A DNA stretch of 64,000 nt from Takakia lepidozioides (GCA_030704615.1 CM060733.1:27404001-27468000); one strand, 5' to 3'; shown: positions 11,403-22,845, counted from the first letter of the stretch. Notes: generated from the sequence alone by a model not told the origin. Made by a program: numbers and translations.

Positions 11403-14400
11403 ATGGCTCCGAATTCCTACGCTATAGTTTGCTGTCCTCCGCAACTTGGGAGAGCCTGGATCCCAAACGAGGGAGGACTTTGCAGAGTGACTGAAACTTA
11501 CCTTTGTTCCAAATTCAAGCTCAAACCGGGCACAGTTTATTTGGAAGAAGAAAGGAAGGATGTTCCTGGACAGGTTGACGAGACCATTGTCGTGCTAGGT
11601 AACGACGGAGGTTGCGGAATCGAATGGCACGTTCCCCCGTCAGACACCATCCTGTACCGAGCTGTGGGAATGCCCATTCCCTTTCCGAATCAGTCGCTGC
11701 CCACACCATCCACAAAGGAGTCCGGAAACCGAGAGGCGGCCACTGCCAACAGAGAGGTATGCAACGATAATCATTCCCGACCTGGACCGTCAAGACCCTC
11801 CATAGCTTCTCGTGTGGACGTATTCGACATTTCCGACGAGGAAGATGATTGCATTGAGGTACCCATGTCCTCCACACGGTCGTTCAAATCCGGCATGGAC
11901 GTCTCTGTAGGTGCTACGCATGTGCCCTCGAGCATAACTCCAACCCGGTCCATTGTGCAGCTCCTACGACAACATCACCTCGATGGTTCTCGCTCCGAGC
12001 TGGCTGCTCTCGACTATGCCAAATTCCCAGTCAGAAAGGTAACTTTTTCTGCCTCCCGAAGTCGATGGCAATGTCATCTTCGAGTTTCCACCTGTTTCTT
12101 CGTCAAAGAAAGCCTCCGGGATGTTAACAGACATGGATCGAAAGCATGACGGACACCCCTGGTGTGTGACGAAGACCAGTAGCACGAAAATTGCTGATGG
12201 TGTTCGTGTACGATATGTCCTCTGTGCGGGGAAGCTGAGGTGCCTCAATCCCACCTGCTTCCACTTTCTCTCCAAAGGAGGGCGGAGAAACGAGACGGAT
12301 TGGACTGGCACAACGCATCATCCATTCATTGTCTCCAGCCAAGCTCCTGCGGGTTCTTTCAAGTGTGCACATTGCAAAGAACCACCGACGTGCATGTCCA
12401 TGTGCAGAGCCAAGCAATATTACGTTATCCATTTGCTCCCGGACTTGACTAGAGCTTGCATACACGTTGGGGTCCACTGCCACCCCTTGGCGAGAGGCAA
12501 CATGCGTGAGGCTATGCAGGAAGCACACGACATCATAAAAGAGGAGGTGAAATTGAGCCCCGGAGCCAGACCAAAGCAGATTCAGCTGAAGGCAGCCCAC
12601 AAGATTGCTCTTGGCAAAATCATGTCTGAAGATGGTTCCGACCGAGAGCCCTTGACCGAAGATGAGATGCGTGACCTCTTGGAGTCCGTCTCGCACGTTT
12701 GTAGTCCGAATGTGCGGAATCACATCGTATCTTGCAAGCAGGAGTTCGGCAGGGGGTCGGACATGTACTCAATCCTGGAGGTGAAACGAATGACTGGATA
12801 TGACTACATCCAAGGTAGCAGGTTTCCAGGGCAAGGCAGCAAATCCGATCGTTGTTACATTTTCAAAATGTCGACGTGTGGGCCTGGGAGTGGAGTCGAC
12901 TTGGTCACTCGCATGACAACTGGAAACTTGTCGAATGCTTGGGTGATGTTTGATCACATCAAGCGAATTACAAACCATCAGTGGGTGACTATGGGTGCGC
13001 ATGTTTATGACTATCACTCCAAGAGGCTCATGACGATTGCAATCTGCGAGATGAAAGGGGAGGACACACAGTCCGAGATGCATCTGTGGGAGGGCATAAA
13101 CCAGCAGATGGCAAGGGCGGGATTGCCAGAGCCCAATTTCAGGGGATTCATGGCAGACAACGCTCAGGCCAACTGGGCAGCGGTGCGGCGTGTGTACGGT
13201 GAGGACCCCAATGTTCCAATGGAGGGGAAAGAGAGATCCTGTGGATTCCATTGGATGCAGAGTCTATCCCACTACACTACCAAATTTGTTGCTAGCTCAT
13301 TCCAGGCTGAACACCGTGTCCTTTGTACGGCGTGGAAGGATGCACCCACATTTGATGACGCGGAGGTTAAGTTTGCTATCATCGAGGCTTGGTGGAACAC
13401 GTCAGGTGCAGTGGAGACAACCAATCTGGGAGCATTGCACAGCTGGTTGGGGTGGTGGCATTTTTGGTATCGACAGTTCGGACAGTACATGCGGGAGGTA
13501 GGCTGCTGTCAATTTCGTTCATTTGTCTTTCTGTTACGGACATTTCGATTGGTCCCTCACCTCACCATTGTTTGTGTCCTTCTAGGAGCGGTGCTTGGAT
13601 TCCGACACGGACATGCCGAACACGAATATGGCAGAATCGGTCCACTCCTCCTGGCGAGCGTCTTCTGCCGCACATCTGGTGGACGTAGTGACGGCCACAA
13701 CGGAGGACATCGACAGAGCAATCATGCAGCAAGCCACGTACTACAAGTTCATGAGCGGCAAACAATGGGGCTTTGGGCCGGACAGGGAGGAATTGTTGGT
13801 ACGAACAGCTTCGAGGTCCAAGAATCCAGTGAAATGGGCGACAACATTGCGAGAGAAGATCAAAGGGACGCCTCTGCACCGCAGAGGTGAACACCTAGAG
13901 GGGGACGTCCGGACTCGCCCTGTCAGGCGGAGGATTGAAGAGGAACCCGGGTGCGAAGAGGATTCCTGGAGATCCGACAGGAACATTCGGACAGCACCTC
14001 GAGGTCCCGTCATGTTGCCGCACAATGTGTCTTCCAGCAGTGGAAGCCCAAGAAATTCCAGATCGCCGTCGCCTTCAACCGGAGATTTCGTGCAACAAAT
14101 TCCCACCGCTCCCTTGCCCCAGATTCCGCCCGCTGTTATGCAGTATGGCCAAGCCATTGTGGAGACGACTGTGTCTGCCTCACAGTGGAGAATTGCTCGC
14201 ACAAAGCCGTCGTTTCGAGGAAGGTGTTCCGCAATTCGTGTGGATACACGGCAACGTTGTTTATAGATGATAAGGATGAATCCAGATGGGGCTGTCCCTG
14301 CTCCTACTTTTACAGGAAGATTTGTCCATGCAAAGTTTGCGGAGGCGACAACCACCCAGTTCTGGTTATGCAGGCACGACATTATGACTTGCGTGTATGG

Positions 14401-15016
14401 AAAGCCCAAGTACGGCATACAAACAATGCCAGAGGCTCCCCCGGTGTGGCCGGTGGAACCAGGCTGCGATCTGAGTCAGGTTGAGGCCGACGCCCTTACC
14501 GCCGCAGGATTTCGGATGGTGCAGCGCACTGACGTCCCCAGACAACCATTTCCGCTTCCACAGCCTCCACCACCGACCCCTGTGAGAGCAAGAACAATGG
14601 GACACGACAGCTCTAAGCATCCTACACACCGTTGGGGGAAACCGAAGAGGCGGCGACCTCCCTCAAAAGTGAACGAGACAAGGATGGGGAATGCACTTCG
14701 GATGAACTGTACAATCCAGAGCTCGACAGAAGTGCCCCCACCAGGATTCGGGCGTGTGTATCAGATGGCCACGGCGGGCTCAGCTGTTCGCAATGAGGTG
14801 TACACCATCACCATTTCAGAATTACCCACCTGCAATTGCACCGACTTCCAGATCATGGCGAACAAGGGGGCATCATACTGCCCTTGCAAGCATTTGTACT
14901 ACGTGTACCTAAAGAGACTCCGTTGTAATTCCACAACTCATCACTTCATACATGCACCAGGGTTGAGCCCCCAGGAGGTTCACACTCTTCTGAATATGGA
15001 TCCAGGGGACCAGTGA
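11403..15016 (+). pseudogene. Mutator-like DDE transposase with N-terminal GCM/WRKY-like Zn domain and C-terminal SWIM finger (one frameshift, one in-frame stop)
   Basis: Zn domain DGHPW..CAGKLRCLNPTC..CAHC..C..C..IHVGVHCHP. Catalytic-type motifs VMFD, FMADNAQAN, CGFH and PNTNMAESVH (the last reached in frame across the GT-AG intron 13498-13585). SWIM CNCTDF..CPCKH. Extra T in the T-run 12044-12048; TAG at 14264-14266 is followed by an in-frame continuation. Confidence 0.8.
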
Positions 15017-15604
15017 GCTTGGCTTGCGGTCCACATACAATGGTACGCCCATCCTTTTCGGATAGTAGAATTGTACTGCTGCCAGTACCTCAGACTCTGG
15101 CCACACAAAGGTCCGACATATGTCTTGCCTACCAGTAACCTGTTTTGATCAACTAAGATATTACTATATCGTTCACTTGTTTCCACGTGCATGTATTTTT
15201 GTATGTTGGAGGGTTCATGTTTTTCTGCTTTCCGAAAACTTGCTCTCCTCATTCGACCTCCGACAAGGAAATGCGGCACCGAATTTCCAAGTATCGTCGT
15301 AGGTACCCCCAGAGGCGGCCTTCGCCAACACCAAACCGCTCCGAAATTTCGCACGTGCGAACCCTAATGCGGCACCCTATTTCCCAGTTCAGTTGCAAAC
15401 CTTTCCCGCCGAATACCCGAAGAAGACAGAATTGTGAAGTACTACAGACTGTATTGGTGCAGACTCCATTGGTTCAATCGCGGCAAAAGGGTCAGCTTCA
15501 TTCCAATGTTAAGGCATGTAAAACCGCGGAATACTCTATACAGGCCAGTATGCGACGTCCTTTTGCAGTGGTATACTGGATTTCCCGTTGCACGGTCACT
15601 TATT

Positions 15605-15856
15605 TCCATGAGCGGATCTAAAAAACCATGAGCGGACTTGTTGCTGACGACATATCTTCGCCGCATTACATGATCTGGAACGTCCAAAAACGGCAAGGTC
15701 AAATTAAAAAACTATTATTTTAATACTTGTTTAATCTGCCGCATTTCCAAATTTGGAGGAGTCCGCTCATGAAATCCGCGTATCTTAGACTTCGGCTCAC
15801 CGCTCATGCGGCTCATGCGGCTCATGGCTCATGGCTCATGGTTTCTGCTCATGAAA
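15605..15856. repeat. Subterminal GCTCATG / CATGAGC motif cluster at the element's right end
   Basis: CCATGAGCGGA twice (~15607, ~15627), TCCGCTCATG (~15762), then GCTCATGCG twice and GCTCATG three to four times over 15802-15853. Confidence 0.8.
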
Positions 15857-15872
15857 TAGTAAACCTCCTTAT

Positions 15873-16905
15873 ATTGGGTCGTGGGCTCTGCCCGGAAGGA
15901 GATTTCACAAGATTTTTTCTTCTTCTTAAAAACAATTTGAATTCAACGAAAACGGACTTCAAGGTGCCGCCGGGGGTGGAGCACCGCAAAATCACGCCTC
16001 AAATTATATGTTTTCGAACGAACGTGTTGTCTTTCCCCTGGTCACGCGAGACCGTGGCATGGCCAAACTAAAAAGTGGTGAAGGAAACAAAATTCGAAAC
16101 GGAACTTAACGATAACTTGGGGGCTGGGACATCCATACAAGAAACAGGACACAATCCTTCTTGAGCCGAGCCATATCATGGCACACTAAGCGTAACACGT
16201 GGCAGCCGGCTTAGGGACTAAGAAGAAATTCTTGCAAAGTAAAGTGGAGGGGCAAGGGCCCCCGGGAAAATAGGGAGAGAAAAAAAATGCGAAAAGGGTG
16301 CAGCACCGGGACTTCCCGGGAGGTCACCCATCCCAGTACTATTCCGGCCCAAAGGCGCTTAACTTCAGAGTTCTGACGGGATCTGGTGTAGTAGCCTTGG
16401 TATGACCGCACCACGACATCCACGCTTCTGGCTTGCTACTTATACACTGCCCACGCAAACAACACTACACTGCTCCCACTAGTATTTTCCATGCCCCTTT
16501 TGCTACTCTTCGTTGATGGTTGCTCTTCTAGAACACCGCCATACATTATTTTTGCATGCTTACATTGGGTCGTGGGCTCTGCCCGGAAGGAGATTTCACA
16601 AGATTTTTTCTTCTTCTTAAAAACAATTTGAATTCAACGAAAACGGACTTCAAGGTGCCGCCGGGGGTGGAGCACCGCAAAATCACGCCTCAAATTATAT
16701 GTTTTCGAACGAACGTGTTGTCTTTCCCCTGGTCACGCGAGACCGTGGCATGGCCAAACTAAAAAGTGGTGAAGGAAACAAAATTCGAAACGGAACTTAA
16801 CGATAACTTGGGGGCCGGGACATCCATACAAGAAACAGGACACAATCCTTCTTGAGCCGAGCCATATCATGGCACACTAAGCGTAACACGTGGCAACCGG
16901 CTTAG
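15873..16905 (-). repeat. 5S rDNA array, right (terminal) block, ~1.5 units
   Basis: Spacer sequence resumes after the insertion and ends abruptly at ...GGCTTAG (16905). Confidence 0.95.
16296..16413 (-). rRNA. 5S rRNA gene, variant copy at the array edge
   Basis: Matches the other copies except one substitution (TTCTGAC vs TTCTGAT at 16377). Confidence 0.95.
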
Positions 16906-17561
16906 AAACCGTCAAAGCGCGGAAATTATCGAGCTCCCAACCCACCATCCCTGATTTATAAAAGGAAAGCGTAATTGCAACAATTCAAAAGCAATGTCTT
17001 GAGTGCCTTCTTCATTGTGTAATGGAAGTTGATGGCTATCTCCTCTTTGTCTCGATACATAACATTCTAATTTGATTTGTGTTTGTTGGAACCTGGATAT
17101 GGTGCCTGTGGCCCCTGCCTGCAACTAGGGAAAGGGCATCAGATAGGCCCATGGTCATGTTGTTCAAGGTATGACACAGCTGAAAGAAGCTGGAAGAAAC
17201 TGTGGTTTTTCTCTTGGAAGGTAGTGCCAAAGAGCTGAATGGGGTAGGCCATAGCCATTCTCTTCCAAGTGTCGTCCTCTGACCAAGGCGATTGAGGAAA
17301 GAATAAAATATGATCATGTGAGTTAGCACTGTTTAATAGGGATGGATTACCTATGTGGTCTGTTTAGGCATGCTTCTAACTCACATTCTCATAATTATTA
17401 TCTTGAAGCAATAGAGCAGCATCAGGCGGGAGAGGCACCCTGGCAACTTTCACCTCCCTCCTCTTCCGTCCAAGGTGTTGACTTTTACAAAAGTATCTCC
17501 CAGCTAAAAATCCTAGAAGACCTCGCCAGAGCATACAAGCGGGGCGACTCCGCTCCGGTTG

Positions 17562-18115
17562 TCAATGAACGCCTTCATCATGACAGCGCTCTCGTTCTGT
17601 AACATTAGTCGCAACAAATTGCCAAAGAGGTGAGCATGTCGGATAAATGGCCCCGTTACCTTTCTGGGCCATATCCTCGATAGCTTTCGAGGACCGCACT
17701 GCAGACCTTTGAAATGATTGGCTGCAACACCACAGACGAGAGCTTTCGCAGTCACAACTCTGCGAATTCAGCACTACGCCCTCTTATCCACCAGTTGGGG
17801 CCTTTTCGCCATCCCCACATCTCTAAGGTGTTCTACCTCTATGCCATGCCGAGGATTAGGTGAATTTACGTCACAGGTCCCGAAATCCTTTAGAATGTTT
17901 CACAATTGGCCCAGAAACAGTATGCAATAATTTCAAACAGTGCATGCACAAAGGGAGACCATGGAATCTGAGAGACAAAAGGGGGGGGGGGGGAAGTTGG
18001 CAACTGAAGGAAGAGACAAGCAAGTAGGAAGAGACAAGTTGTTAGCAAGGCGATCGACAATGATCTCGTTCACAAAGTACTGCATCATCTGGAATCCGCC
18101 TCCCCTTCCAGCCAT
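17562..18115 (-). pseudogene. Small conserved plant protein gene (MAG..YxVNEx.V..LAN..FQRxAVRxSK.IED family), possibly with a defective splice donor
   Basis: Exon 1 MAGRGGGFQMMQYFVNEIIVDRLAN (18115-~18039) joins in frame to exon 2 NQSFQRSAVRSSKAIEDMAQK (acceptor TTGCAG ~17722; donor GTAACG ~17659). The expected exon-1 donor reads CT instead of GT. Family recognised from memory only. Confidence 0.45.
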
Positions 18116-18442
18116 CGCTTCCCTGTTCTTCGCAACTCCTACTCTTCCAGACTGCTTCGAATCGGTGGCAGCAAAAGCCCCCTAAGCCCTGAGCGTTAGG
18201 GATTTCGGATACAGGGAAAGCGGTTATGGGTTCCAATTCGTATAAGCGCGTCGCACCCGCTGGCCCACCAGCAAACTTCGGTACTTCTGTTTAGTAATTT
18301 TACCCAATAACTTACATTATTTTTTCATTCGCGCAAACATCAGTCAACCCTCTGGACGGTTGAGGTGAGGTTCATTCGGAATAGAGGACTGCTTTCGGCA
18401 TGGGAGGTGTAGCTCTGGTTTTGGGTGCAAGCGAGCACAGCA
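18116..18442. promoter_or_regulatory. Short bidirectional promoter region
   Basis: ~330 bp between two divergent ATGs; contains site-II-like GGCCCA (~18262) and telo-box-like TTAGGGATTT (~18196). Confidence 0.4.
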
Positions 18443-21400
18443 ATGGCAGGCAAGAAAAGGAAGCGGAATGCCGGTTATGTGATGGCGCAGCTGGAGGATG
18501 CCTTGCGATCGGAGCCTGCGGTTCTGGACAGAGTGGTGCGCAAGCTGTGCATGATGTTGCAAGGGCAGCCTCGAGATTGTATGGAAGGAGTGGCTTCCGA
18601 CCTCATCGGACGTGGCTTGCTCACCCGGCTACCGGAACTCTTGCAACACCCGTGAGTTCTCTTTTTTCGTACCTTCTATGTGCAATTTTGATAGGAAATT
18701 GGTGGGATGGGCGGTCAAATGGTAGCAGGTCTTTGATTAGCCTTACAAACATGACCTGAGGGACTGTAACTAGCGAGCTTTATAGGTACTTTTCTTTCAG
18801 GAATTTTTTTTTATCGTGACAAGAGTGATAGTGTAGATTCCAAGCAGAAATCTCTTTTTGCTCATCTGTATTGTGTTAGAGATTTCGTAGATTTCGTGAG
18901 AAACGTTTCCAATTACCGAGCAACTGTTAAGCTATGCAGGAACCGTTGTTGCATATCTAGCTACGCCTGGCTCTGTTTCTGCTTGAGTATGTTAGAGACT
19001 GCATTATATCCTGTCTGACAAAAATGTTGAAAATACTCCCATGTTCGCATAGCCGTATGTGACGTGGCTACTAGTTTTACGATCCCTTTTGTACGAGCAG
19101 CTCCCTTCCGCATTCCCTCTCTGGTTTGAAGTTGTTTTTATAACAGGTGTTCTGAAGTAGGGCTGAGATACTTGTATCCCCTTTGCTTGGCATGGATGAT
19201 GTATAGTACCTTTCTCTTCCTGAAATTGAAGTGACGATAACAGGTGTCCTGAAGTGGCAGTAGGAGCGGCTGAGGTACTTGGCTTATTGGCAGTTAGTTC
19301 ATATGAAATCAACTGCAAGGTTGCAAGTGAGGAAGAGGTTTTAAAAGCATTGGGTCAAATGCTATTGAGTAGAGATGCAGGACGCCTCATGGGAGCTTGT
19401 GATGCTGTCATGGATGTGGCTGTAACACCCCTTGGCTGTATTTCTTTGGGAAAATCACCTGGTCTTCAGGAGCATCTTCTGTGAGTAATTGTACCCTGGA
19501 TATTTTGTGGCCTCTGCTGACTAACTTGACAAGCTTTTGCATACATACAGTTTTTTAATCACATCTTCCACTCCCACAAATAGGTTCCTCTGCCTTCTTA
19601 GTGGAGCTTATATGTTTCATTTGTACTGTCTTCTCTTTCCTTTGGATCCTAGGGTACACCAACATGGATTGTTCAGCTTGTGTTAGGGGGATATAATTCT
19701 AGTGGGGACGGAAGTCACAGTCTATAGTGTCTCTAGGTGCTATAATATAGTAGCAAATGGTCATTTCACTTGTGAACAATGCACAGGGAGTTGCATTGTG
19801 TTCTATATTCTTGACAAGTTGTTCCTAACACTTGCAGTGACAGATGGCTACTGTCTTACTTGGCAGATGTATTAAGTGGAGGGGTGAAGACCAGTAGTCT
19901 TAAACCAACTGAGCTTTCTGATGCAAGCTCTGTGGAAGCAAAGCGCAGAAATTCTCCTCCAGAATGTGCTATTGCTAGGGAGAAAGAAGATACAGAGCCT
20001 GAAGAGTTCCCAATCAAATGTATTGCACCGAAGTTAACTGGCAGAGAGGTGGAGGAACTTTTTGATCTGGCTTTGGCTTCTGCCAATGTCATTTTCTGTG
20101 ACAGTGGAGACCATGACTCCATCACCTCACATGTGCTTGCTAGTTTGCGAAAGCTTTGGGAAAAATCAAAGGATTTGTGGTTCCAGCAACTTAAAAATGT
20201 GACAGGTGTATGTGAGAAAGGACTGTCCAAGCAAGATTGCACTCTTTCCAATAAATGCCACCAGCTCTCAAAATTGATTGTGCAGCTCGCTATGTGCCAA
20301 AAGGTTCTGTTGCACTCTGTGGACACAGTGAGGCATAATCTTTTCAAGGGAACAGATAGTTGCTTCGAACACTTCTTTCAAGAGCACTGGGAAACTTCCC
20401 CAGCTGTTATTACCAGAGGTTTTCCGGAAAGTGAGCTGTTTGCCTTATTTGGGGACAAAGTCTGCATTGCTAGCCCAACAAAGTTGTTGAAGGATTTAGT
20501 GTGCTGCATGGTCAGTTGCCCTCCAGCTTCTGCAGATGAAGTGGATCCTGTACTTCTTTTTAGAGATGTGGAAAACAATCTTGGTGAACCACCGGTTCAG
20601 GGGCAGGACATTCACCTTGTGAAGAGTGAGGCTGGCATGGAGGTGCACTACATTGGAGACAGAGGGACAGGATTTGTAACTGCTGAAGACTGTGTGCAGG
20701 CCTATGAGAATGGTTACACTGTTGCAATAAGAGGTATGGAATTTCGTTTTCCTGAAATTGCCGCTATGTCAGAGGCTGTAGCCCTGGCTTTGGGACAAGT
20801 AACTGTTGGGGCGAACCTCTATCTGACCCCTCCAAATGCACAGGGTCTCATAGCCCATCATGATGATCACTGTGTCTTCGTCTGTCAGCTAGCAGGGCAC
20901 AAAAGATGGACAGTTTATCCTGCAGAGCAATTGCTTCCTCGTCTGTATACTTTTAAAGCTCTTTTGCAGGAACCCAGGAAGGACTTGGCCAATCAATTGG
21001 TGCTTGACGAAGGATCTGTACTATATATACCGAGGGGTTTTCCACATGAAGCACATACTAAGTGCTTGGAGATAGGGAGGAATGGTCCTTCATGGGAAAC
21101 CGATAATGAAAGCAGACAAGAATTGTGTGGGCATGCTCACTGTCCCATCGCAGGTTGTCCAGAACACATGACGACCTTGTGCAGCTGGACAAGACTTTCA
21201 AATGAAAGTGTCAAATGCAAATCAAGAGTGCAACAGCCAAAGTGGGCAGGTGCCTCACTTCATCTTTCGTTGGGTGTGGAGGTGGAGCCTGCATTTGAGT
21301 ACGTTATCCACTGCCCTTCTAGAAACATCCATTGGGACTGTATGGGGAAAGAGACAAACCTAGAAGAAAAATTCCTAAGAGGATGTCTGACACCGGAGAA

Positions 21401-22331
21401 GCCAAATGTCCTGGGATCAGGAGAGAAAGATGGGCAACATGAGTGCACATCCTCATCTGAACTCGTTTTCTTTGTAGTTTTTCCTTGAGCTATGACCCTC
21501 TTGTCAGAATATCTCTTTCTTGATCTTGGACCTGTTGTCTGTGTCACCCACTACAGAAACACTCTTCCTTTGCTACAATGTCAACAATTGTAGTCTAGGT
21601 AGCACATTTTCACCTGGTGAAGTTTCAAAGTTGAATGGAGTACATGGAATTAATTTAGCAGTACTAGAAAGTGAAAGCAAAGTCTCAATAAGTTGCCGAC
21701 AAGATCCTTGAGGCAGCCTCTTAGTTGGCCGATATATGCTGTTGAGTCTAGTGTGTTGCTGAGATGCAGGTGGGAAGGTTTGCTGCATATTGCGCTGCGA
21801 ATATGGGCACATCAACAGCAGCAGCAGGCCACACAAAGTGCAATAAATAAATGTAGAGTTGAAGACCTTTCTGAAGGGCTTCTTCATACTGCAATAAGAA
21901 ATATAGCAAAGAACTCCAAGGCATTCCGAAAGGCTTGCATTCTTGCAGGGCCAACTCCCGCTATGAAAGGAACTACAGGAAAAAGTTGCATGAGGACTGC
22001 CTTTGCAGAACAAGTTTTCAGCACTTTGGTGAAGGAGATTGCTGAAACAGCTAACTTCCAGGAAGCTGTTCAAGAACACCAAATGGGTTTGGCATGGTTG
22101 GGCTGGTTGCGCCACTTGCCTGTAGGTATGATTCATTATGAGTGGAGTCCTAGTGAGTTTAGTGCTGATCTTCTTCAACAGGCATTCTCATACATGACAC
22201 ATGCTTTTGGTCAAGAGGCTGCATTTATGGGAGCAATGGAAGCTCAATGCTCCATGCTTGGGGCCTTTAGGAATTGCCGCAGAAAGCTGATCAATGGAAT
22301 GTTGGCATTGCATTCGAGCTACACAATGTAA
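18443..22331 (+). CDS. JmjC/cupin 2OG-Fe(II) oxygenase of the ribosomal-oxygenase (NO66/MINA53/YcfD-like) family with an N-terminal ARM-like region; exons 18443-18651, 19244-19480, 19838-21298, 21770-22331
   Basis: GANLYLTPP.AQG...HHDDHCVFVCQLAGHKRW..GSVLYIPRGFPHEA..SLHLSLGVEVEPAFEWEG. All three introns are GT-AG and phase-compatible; no stops in the assembled frame. Confidence 0.88.
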
Positions 22332-22375
22332 AGCAAGTCAGCATGATGAACTGACTCTCTAGAGTATAGAGTTAC

Positions 22376-22792
22376 ATGAATTGGAACAAAGTTGTTGAAG
22401 GACAGTGTGCTGTATCAAACACCTTCTTCCAATACAGGGCCAAGAAAGCTTACCGAAATCTGAACTCCAGCTCACTCCCTTCTGTCAAATGGGACGCTAA
22501 AAGGAGCTCCTACAGGTTCCAAAGGAAACAGTGGCAGGCAGTTTGGAGGAGGCAGTTGGCTAAATTTACACAGGCCGTCGTATGCAAATGCTGCGCCCTG
22601 GTACTTGCTGAATCATTAGAGCATTGTTTGTTACATTGCCCGATCACCATAAAGATCTGGCCGAGAATTACAGACATCAGTGGGACATGGTTCCCAAACC
22701 CTCTGATAGCAACAACCATCCTCCTAAACTACAATCCCATCACAAAACAACTTGCCTCATCATCCATGGGGTTTGACACATTAAAAGTGTAG
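22376..22792 (+). mobile_element. Degenerate LINE ORF2 C-terminal (zf-RVT/CCHC) fragment
   Basis: CKCC....ESLEHCLLHCPITIKIW motif preceded by the W..VW pattern. Confidence 0.6.
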
Positions 22793-22845
22793 GGTAAAGA
22801 ACCGGGGCAAGGGGGTTCACCAGTTTAAGCCGATGAGGGCGGATC

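Larger units (their letters stand above)
4706..15870. mobile_element. ~11.2 kb Mutator-like (GCM-DDE-SWIM) DNA transposon with ParB/MTase-like cargo gene, inserted in a 5S spacer; left end truncated
   Basis: Spacer sequence stops at ...GGTTGCTC (4705) and resumes at CTTA(T)ATTGGGTCG (~15868-15873). The interval holds a transposase gene, a divergent second gene and a palindrome array. Confidence 0.85.
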
